NCBI GenBank assembly: GCA_964564775.1
Contig: CAZMDM010000553.1
Location: 1 to 13,132 of the forward strand
Source: an uncultured Desulfonema sp.
Lineage (GTDB): Bacteria; Desulfobacterota; Desulfobacteria; Desulfobacterales; DYRC01
Length of the DNA: 13,132 bases
Direction: 5' to 3'
The translations under genes were made by a program, and so were the position numbers. The notes beneath the pieces were generated by a model, which saw only the letters and a program-made list of their open reading frames with translations, made no database searches and was not told the origin of the DNA. Positions within the stretch are counted from its first letter, which is position 1, and every line of letters starts with the position of its first letter. Shown piece after piece: positions 7,577-13,132 of the stretch.

Positions 7577-9097
7577 ATGAGAAATCTGCCGAAAACTACC
7601 CTGAAAATTGTTGTGATGATGATTCTGCTTCTGCCGTCGGCATTGTGGGGAGATACTGATCCGAACCGGCACATCGAGGCAATGATCGAGCCAGTTGATC
7701 GGAAAGGACTGATGCGCCTTGCCCGGATGGGTGCGGATATTGACGGAGTATGGGGAGATAGAGCCAGAATATATGTTGATTCAGGTATGTTGAAAGAACT
7801 CGAAAACATGGGATATCGCATATCTGTCATATCCCAGAGCCGATCCGAGCGCGCTGATGGCTATCCCAGTTATGAACAGATGACTGCTGAACTGCAAGCA
7901 ATTGCAGCCACTCACCCGGATATAAGCCGATTGTATAGTATCGGCAAATCCTATCAGGGCAGAGACCTTTGGGTTATGAAAATTTCCGATAACCCGGATG
8001 AAGAGGAGGACGAACCCGAATTTCAGTATATTTCCACCATGCACGGTGATGAACCTGTCGGAACACAACTCAGCCTGAATCTGATACATCTTCTGACAGA
8101 ATCGTATGGAAACGATGAGCGGATCACGAACTTGGTCAACGAGATCGAAATATGGATCATGCCTCTGATGAATCCTGACGGATATGTGAATATGAGCCGC
8201 TATAATGCACAGGGATATGATCTGAATCGCAGTTTTCCGGACAGAGCCATCTATATACCGCCTCCTTATCCGAGCGAAGTTCAGACGATGATGGATTGGG
8301 AATTATCACAATCCCCTGTACTTTCCGCAAATTTCCACACCGGCGCGACAGTGGTGAATTATCCGTATGATTCCGATCCGAATCCTGATCTGAGCTATTC
8401 AGCTACTCCTGATGATGAATTGTTCAGACAACTTGCGCTGAGCTATTCTTCTTCCAATCCCTCCATGTATCAGAGTGTGTATTTCGACAAAGGGATCACC
8501 AACGGTGTCGGATGGTATTATGTATATGGCGGAATGCAGGACTGGAACTATATCCGGCTGGGAGCATTTCAGCTTACCATAGAGCTTTATGATATAAAGT
8601 ATCCGTCTTTTTCTCGGATTCCGGCAATATGGGAAAATAACCGGGAATCCATGCTGAAATATATGGAATGGTCTTTGAAAGGCATTCGGGGAATTGTTAC
8701 GGACAGCGATACCGGCAAGCCTCTGAAAGCCTCGGTAACTGTTATCGGAAACGATCATGCCATATCCACAGACCCTGACGCGGGAGATTATCACCGAATC
8801 CTTGTTCCCGGAACTTACCGGCTCCGAGTCTCGGCTGACGGCTATGTTACTTATGAAACAGACAATATCATTGTCGCTGAGGGCAGGGCTGCAAGAGCCG
8901 ATATCCGCCTGTCTCCGGTAAAGCCGGGCCATATCGACGGCAGCGGAAGCATCGATCTTGCAGATGCAATTGCGGCTCTTCGGGTGCTTGCGGGAATCGA
9001 TATGCCGGTTCATCTGAAAGCCGATGTGAATGCAGATGGCAGGATCGGTCTTGAAGAAGCGGTTTTCATTTTGCAGAAAGCGGCAGGACTGAGATAA
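7577..9097 (+). CDS. Secreted zinc carboxypeptidase, peptidase family M14 (N/E-like), with transthyretin-like regulatory domain and C-terminal dockerin-like module
   Basis: The N-terminal signal peptide is MRNLPKTTLKIVVMMILLLPSALWG. The M14 zinc-binding HxxE motif is HGDEP, with a downstream His (NFHTGATVV) and catalytic Glu (LTIELYD). A CarboxypepD_reg-like beta-sandwich follows (GIRGIVTDSDTGKPL...YRLRVSADGY). The last 55 aa or so carry two Ca-binding dockerin-type repeats (DGSGSIDLADAIAALRVLAG and DVNADGRIGLEEAVFILQKAAG). Confidence 0.85.
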   Translation: MRNLPKTTLKIVVMMILLLPSALWGDTDPNRHIEAMIEPVDRKGLMRLARMGADIDGVWGDRARIYVDSGMLKELENMGYRISVISQSRSERADGYPSYEQMTAELQAIAATHPDISRLYSIGKSYQGRDLWVMKISDNPDEEEDEPEFQYISTMHGDEPVGTQLSLNLIHLLTESYGNDERITNLVNEIEIWIMPLMNPDGYVNMSRYNAQGYDLNRSFPDRAIYIPPPYPSEVQTMMDWELSQSPVLSANFHTGATVVNYPYDSDPNPDLSYSATPDDELFRQLALSYSSSNPSMYQSVYFDKGITNGVGWYYVYGGMQDWNYIRLGAFQLTIELYDIKYPSFSRIPAIWENNRESMLKYMEWSLKGIRGIVTDSDTGKPLKASVTVIGNDHAISTDPDAGDYHRILVPGTYRLRVSADGYVTYETDNIIVAEGRAARADIRLSPVKPGHIDGSGSIDLADAIAALRVLAGIDMPVHLKADVNADGRIGLEEAVFILQKAAGLR

Positions 9098-9208
9098 ACC
9101 GAATGTTTGAAAACCAAAGCGAAATTTAAAAAGACTATGATTCGATAAATAAAAATAAAATTCAAATAGTTATTCTACAAATAGCGTTGCAGGATTACAT
9201 CAGCTTCT

Positions 9209-9874
9209 TCATAACCAGCCTTTCAACAATTGTGTTATTCGCAGAAGTTCTCTCGCTTCTTGTTCCCATGTTTCTGTTCTATGAATTGAAATTCTCTCAA
9301 GCAAAACAATAGATCCTGTTGACCGAAGAACGATATTTCCGCATTGCGGAAGCAGATTTAAAAAATCACTCTTAAAGGACGGCATTGAGGTACCATCTTG
9401 GATATAAAGATCAAATTGGACCGATTGATCCAAGATATCCGGCTTGACTTTTGAGAATTTGAATGATGAAAAGTCTGAAACAGACAGTTCAAAACCCTTA
9501 CGGATGATTTTTTCTCCTATCCCCTTGATACTTGGAAGAAAAAACAATATCCATGCTCCGCTTATGCGTGTTTGCGGAATCTTTGCGATGAGACGATTCG
9601 TGGTGTCTTCAGAGTCCGTAGTCCAACACACCACATAATCGTCTGACATCCTCCTGTAAGCCTGCTCTACATAGCCAGTATATGCGGTAGAACGAAACGC
9701 ATCTTTGATTTCCTTGATAATCGGATCGGACTGATCGAGAAGTATAAATCCTTGTGAAGTCAGAATATTATTGATCGGAACAGCGATCTTCGGATCGGGT
9801 TTCCTTTTCCAAAATAATAGCCCTAAAACAACAATGAGAAAAGTTATGGACACACCAATTAAGGCATCAATCAT
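9209..9874 (-). CDS. Hypothetical membrane-anchored protein: one N-terminal TM helix followed by a globular domain of about 190 aa
   Basis: The N-terminus MIDALIGVSITFLIVVLGLLFWKRKPDPK is a hydrophobic helix followed by KRK. The ATG is preceded by a strong SD AAGGAGG at about 9 nt. The start is 3 nt after the upstream gene stop, indicating translational coupling. No recognisable family. Confidence 0.55.
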   Translation of the reverse strand: MIDALIGVSITFLIVVLGLLFWKRKPDPKIAVPINNILTSQGFILLDQSDPIIKEIKDAFRSTAYTGYVEQAYRRMSDDYVVCWTTDSEDTTNRLIAKIPQTRISGAWILFFLPSIKGIGEKIIRKGFELSVSDFSSFKFSKVKPDILDQSVQFDLYIQDGTSMPSFKSDFLNLLPQCGNIVLRSTGSIVLLERISIHRTETWEQEARELLRITQLLKGWL

Positions 9875-9877
9875 TAC

Positions 9878-10291
9878 TCACCCCTCCTTATACACGTATT
9901 CGGCGATCATTTCTTTAAGCTTCTGAATCGCCTCTTTATTTTCTCTGGTTTTGCACAGATATCTGAATCTATCCCATTGAATTTGCTCGATATGATCAAT
10001 CATAATCGAAACCGTCTCAATGGGTTCAGGATCCTGAGTATCCAGAAAAGCAAAGCTGACATAAATCGTGGTTCCCTGATGCACAAGGTCTGCGATTTCA
10101 GCATAGCTCATACCGGCAGTATCATTTGCAAAAAGCTCTATGGTTCCCACGCGTGCCATATCCAGAATGGTTTTGTCGAATACCTTGCGATGAAGCCCCG
10201 CGCTGCTTCTGATCTTATCCAGTCGGTATGAGGAAGAGATACCCGATTTAGCAGCAGCTCTTCGGATTGCCTGCTCTGCTTTCCATCTCAT
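9878..10291 (-). CDS. Hypothetical protein, 137 aa, no TM or signal peptide, unrecognised family
   Basis: The ATG start is 4 nt after the HtrA stop codon. It is the middle gene of a tightly packed three-gene minus-strand operon. Codon usage is consistent with its neighbours. Confidence 0.5.
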   Translation of the reverse strand: MRWKAEQAIRRAAAKSGISSSYRLDKIRSSAGLHRKVFDKTILDMARVGTIELFANDTAGMSYAEIADLVHQGTTIYVSFAFLDTQDPEPIETVSIMIDHIEQIQWDRFRYLCKTRENKEAIQKLKEMIAEYVYKEG

Positions 10292-10295
10292 AAAA

Positions 10296-11354
10296 TTACC
10301 GCATCCTTATCGTCACATAATATGCCCTTGCCCCGCGCTGAAGCAGTATGACCAATGAAGATTTCTGGCGATATCGGCTCAACGCGTATTCCAGATCATC
10401 CGGCTTGGAGATGTTGATTTCATCGATCTGCCGGATCATATCTCCGGGCAGAGCGCCGATTCGTCCGAGTGGTGAATCTTTGCGGACATCCCGGATCACC
10501 ACACCTTCCCTGCCGGAGTCATTTACCCGAACTCCCAGCAGTTTCCAACTCAGGTCTTCTCTATATGCCGGAGACTGCTTCAACGAGCGGTCTTCGGTAT
10601 CTCCGTAGCGAACCAGTTCCGCCACAATTCCCTTTGCCTTATTGATCGGAATGGCAAAACCGATGCCCTGAGCTTTGGCATAAATGGCGGTGTTGATACC
10701 GATCAGTTCACCTCTGATATTCAGAAGCGGACCTCCGCTGTTGCCGGGATTGATGGACGCGTCCGTCTGAATAAAGTCGTGATAGGTATGGTTATCTGTG
10801 CGAATACTTCTGCCGATGGCACTGATCACGCCGGTGGTTACCGTATGCGAAAATCCGAAGGGATTGCCGATAGCAATGACTGTTTCGCCGATCATCAGAT
10901 CATCGGATCGTCCCATCGGAATTTCGGGCAAGGCTGTTGGCGAAGAAATCCGCAGTACCGCCAAATCCGTATCCGGGTCAGCTCCGACCACGCGGGCTTG
11001 AAATTCACGCTCGTCATTGAGCAAAACCTTGATAATTCCGCCTCTGGAAATGACGTGAGCATTGGTGATAATCAATCCGCGTTTGCCATCAATAATTACG
11101 CCCGATCCCAAACTCGTGCCTTTGACCTGACGCTTGGGAATCGGCTCAAAAAACTCCTTAAAAAACAGATCGAAAAATGGATCCATTTCACCGAACGGAC
11201 TTGCCTGAGCCACATATTCCGTACTGATATTCACGACTGCGGGGCTGATTTTCCGAACCGCCCTGACCACCGGAGTTTCCCGTTCATAGTCTGCGGCAAA
11301 AGCATACTCCCCAGCAAAAACGATCATTATCAAAAACAAGATGCGTTTTGGCAT
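10296..11354 (-). CDS. HtrA/DegP/DegS-family periplasmic serine endoprotease (trypsin-like domain plus one PDZ domain)
   Basis: The signal peptide is MPKRILFLIMIVFAGEYAFA. The catalytic triad sits in the motifs TNAHV (His), DLAVL (Asp) and GNSGGPL (Ser). The C-terminal PDZ-like segment runs GVVIRDVRKDSPLGRIGALPGDMIRQIDEINI. A strong SD AGGAGG lies 7 nt upstream of the ATG. Confidence 0.92.
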   Translation of the reverse strand: MPKRILFLIMIVFAGEYAFAADYERETPVVRAVRKISPAVVNISTEYVAQASPFGEMDPFFDLFFKEFFEPIPKRQVKGTSLGSGVIIDGKRGLIITNAHVISRGGIIKVLLNDEREFQARVVGADPDTDLAVLRISSPTALPEIPMGRSDDLMIGETVIAIGNPFGFSHTVTTGVISAIGRSIRTDNHTYHDFIQTDASINPGNSGGPLLNIRGELIGINTAIYAKAQGIGFAIPINKAKGIVAELVRYGDTEDRSLKQSPAYREDLSWKLLGVRVNDSGREGVVIRDVRKDSPLGRIGALPGDMIRQIDEINISKPDDLEYALSRYRQKSSLVILLQRGARAYYVTIRMR

Positions 11355-11508
11355 CGCTATCCTCCTGAAAATCGATGTTGAGATTTTTTATCATACAATG
11401 CTTTTGCAAAACAAGTCTTAATATCGAATCTGAGAAATAACTGTAGCAAGTGATAAATTGCCCGACTGACGAGTGTGTGGGTAAGGGGGAGGTGGCACGA
11501 AAAAGCTG

Positions 11509-11537
11509 CTGACATTTTTTCGGATTATGGGTATCAT
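11509..11537 (+). promoter_or_regulatory. Candidate sigma70-type promoter (CTGACA-N17-TATCAT) for the AsmA-like gene
   Basis: The -35-like CTGACA lies at 11509-11514. The spacer is 17 nt. The -10-like TATCAT lies at 11532-11537, about 75 nt upstream of the ATG at 11612. Confidence 0.35.
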
Positions 11538-11611
11538 ATCTTGGTGATGCCGATAAAATAAAACCGTCATAAATCCGGCAATCTGTAAATTCCGAAAATC
11601 ATGGTTTAGAC

Positions 11612-13132
11612 ATGAGCAAAAAACGAAAAATCATTCTCATACTCATCGGAGTATTCATTGTCCTGCCGATCATCTCGGTGGTCGGCACGCTGTTTTTTCT
11701 GGAGACCGACCTTGCCCAGCATTATCTTCAGAAAAGAATCAATGCCCTGATTCCCGGCAAAATTACATGGAAGCATATCTGCTTTTCCATGATACGGGGG
11801 CGTTTCGAAATCACCGAAGCAAAGCTGCAAAGCCCTGACAATCACGATATTGCAAGCTTTAACCGGCTGTATCTCGATATTTCCCTGAAAGCCTTACTCA
11901 GCGGCAAAGTCAATATATATCGCCTGACTTTGGATCACCCGCAGGTCCGATTGGCGTACCATGACGGCAAGATGAATATTGTGCAGGCATTTCCGCGTCC
12001 CAAACATCGGGAAAGAGAAATCAGAACCGAACACGCGCTGATTCCGTTTTATCTTGCGATTGAAGAACTTGAGATTATTAACGGCGAAGTTTCTTATGAC
12101 GCCCAAAATCTCCACGCGGAACTGGGAAATATTCATCTGAAAGGAAAAGGCAATTCGTTGGAGCAGCTTGCCGAGATATCGCTGAATATCGGCAGCGGCA
12201 GACTGAAAATGTCGCAATTGTCCGCAGAACTTCATGCGTTGTCTGCCAAAGGCGGCTTCAATCACGGGCGATTGGATGCGCCGGAACTTGCGCTGGTGCT
12301 GGACGCGGATTACGGCGAAAAATTTTCAAACAACCGCATTGAATTGAAAACCCGCTTGGAGGATCGCCGGGTAACGCTCGATCCTCTGGTTCTCAAAACT
12401 GCGGGCGGTGATCTGAATATCACTGGTGATATTGATTTTACAGAGGCATTCCCCGAAGGCTTTTTTGCTTCTTATCGGAATATCGAATTGCTTGCGTATC
12501 GTCTTCAGCTTGCCGGAAAACAGATTTTATTGGAAAAATGGTTTGAAAACAAAGCAAAAGGCAATCTCGATGCTGCTGTCTCTCTTCATGGAAAAGGCAT
12601 TTCTCTGAATACCTTATCCTCATCAATCCGCGCGGAAATCTTTGCAAACGATGTGAATGCCAAAGCGCTGAACCTGCCTGCCGCAACTGTGAAAGCAGAA
12701 ACCGAAGTCAAAGATAACGCACTGATTTTGAAAACGTTGGAAACCTCTATCGGTGAATCGTCTCTTCATGCCGAAGGGCGCTATGAATTTGCCTCGCAGG
12801 ATGTGAATGCGGCTGTAAAAATCAATGCACCGGACATTGAAAAAAGCCTGTCATTATTCGGTGTCAAAGATGTTCGCGGCAAATTGCTGACCGATGTCGA
12901 AATTTCAGGAAATATCCGAAAGCCGAATTTCAGCCTTGATCTTCATGGAAATGATCTGAAGTTCAAAGAAATCATGGCAGATACAGCAGATATTCGCGCC
13001 ACATTGGATCATAGCGGCAATCTGAATGTATCGCAGCTTCTGCTTCGCCATCAGGACTCCGAAATCAAAGGGATCGGTAATATTGCATTATATGACAGCA
13101 ATTTATTATCAGATTTTGCTTTGGAACTGACC
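11612..13132 (+). CDS. AsmA/TamB-like outer-membrane biogenesis protein, 5' portion only (gene runs off the window end, at least 507 aa)
   Basis: The ORF is open in frame from the ATG at 11612 to the last base of the window. It is absent from the ORF track only because it has no stop. The N-terminus MSKKRKIILILIGVFIVLPIISVVG is a signal-anchor. It is followed by a long beta-rich, low-hydrophobicity region with AsmA-like repetitive character (HAEGRYEFASQ...ISGNIRKPNFSLDLHGNDL). The antisense ORFs at 11606-11845 and 11894-12265 overlap it. Confidence 0.55.
   Translation, partial: MSKKRKIILILIGVFIVLPIISVVGTLFFLETDLAQHYLQKRINALIPGKITWKHICFSMIRGRFEITEAKLQSPDNHDIASFNRLYLDISLKALLSGKVNIYRLTLDHPQVRLAYHDGKMNIVQAFPRPKHREREIRTEHALIPFYLAIEELEIINGEVSYDAQNLHAELGNIHLKGKGNSLEQLAEISLNIGSGRLKMSQLSAELHALSAKGGFNHGRLDAPELALVLDADYGEKFSNNRIELKTRLEDRRVTLDPLVLKTAGGDLNITGDIDFTEAFPEGFFASYRNIELLAYRLQLAGKQILLEKWFENKAKGNLDAAVSLHGKGISLNTLSSSIRAEIFANDVNAKALNLPAATVKAETEVKDNALILKTLETSIGESSLHAEGRYEFASQDVNAAVKINAPDIEKSLSLFGVKDVRGKLLTDVEISGNIRKPNFSLDLHGNDLKFKEIMADTADIRATLDHSGNLNVSQLLLRHQDSEIKGIGNIALYDSNLLSDFALELT

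Noticed and set aside
1-13132. CRISPR arrays, IS elements, integrases, tRNA or rRNA genes, long direct or tandem repeats
   Set aside because: None observed on either strand. Intergenic spacers are short (24-260 nt) and contain only promoter- or terminator-scale elements.

Overview
This 13.1 kb window is a gene-dense bacterial chromosomal segment with no rRNA or tRNA genes, no CRISPR array and no obvious mobile element. Most start codons are preceded by Shine-Dalgarno sequences. I support ten protein-coding genes. On the minus strand there is a stand-alone GAF-domain protein and a PflX-like radical SAM enzyme with a CxxxCxxC motif. On the plus strand there is a tight run of FeoB (ferrous iron transporter), acyl-CoA thioesterase II (TesB-like) and an 818 aa protein that is unmistakably a full-length major vault protein (MVP) homolog. 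This run ends in a strong hairpin terminator. Next comes a secreted M14 zinc carboxypeptidase with a transthyretin-like regulatory domain and a C-terminal dockerin-like module. Then, on the minus strand, there is a three-gene operon of an HtrA/DegP-family serine protease, a 137 aa unknown protein and a 221 aa membrane-anchored unknown protein. The last gene is a 5'-partial AsmA/TamB-like envelope biogenesis gene that runs off the window. The standout is the MVP homolog in an unambiguously bacterial context. Vaults are a eukaryotic ribonucleoprotein particle, and bacterial MVP homologs are rare and uncharacterized. Several candidate regulatory elements were also located: a sigma70-like promoter with a Fur-box-like site upstream of feoB, a terminator after mvp, a promoter plus 12-bp palindrome upstream of the carboxypeptidase, and a promoter upstream of the AsmA-like gene.
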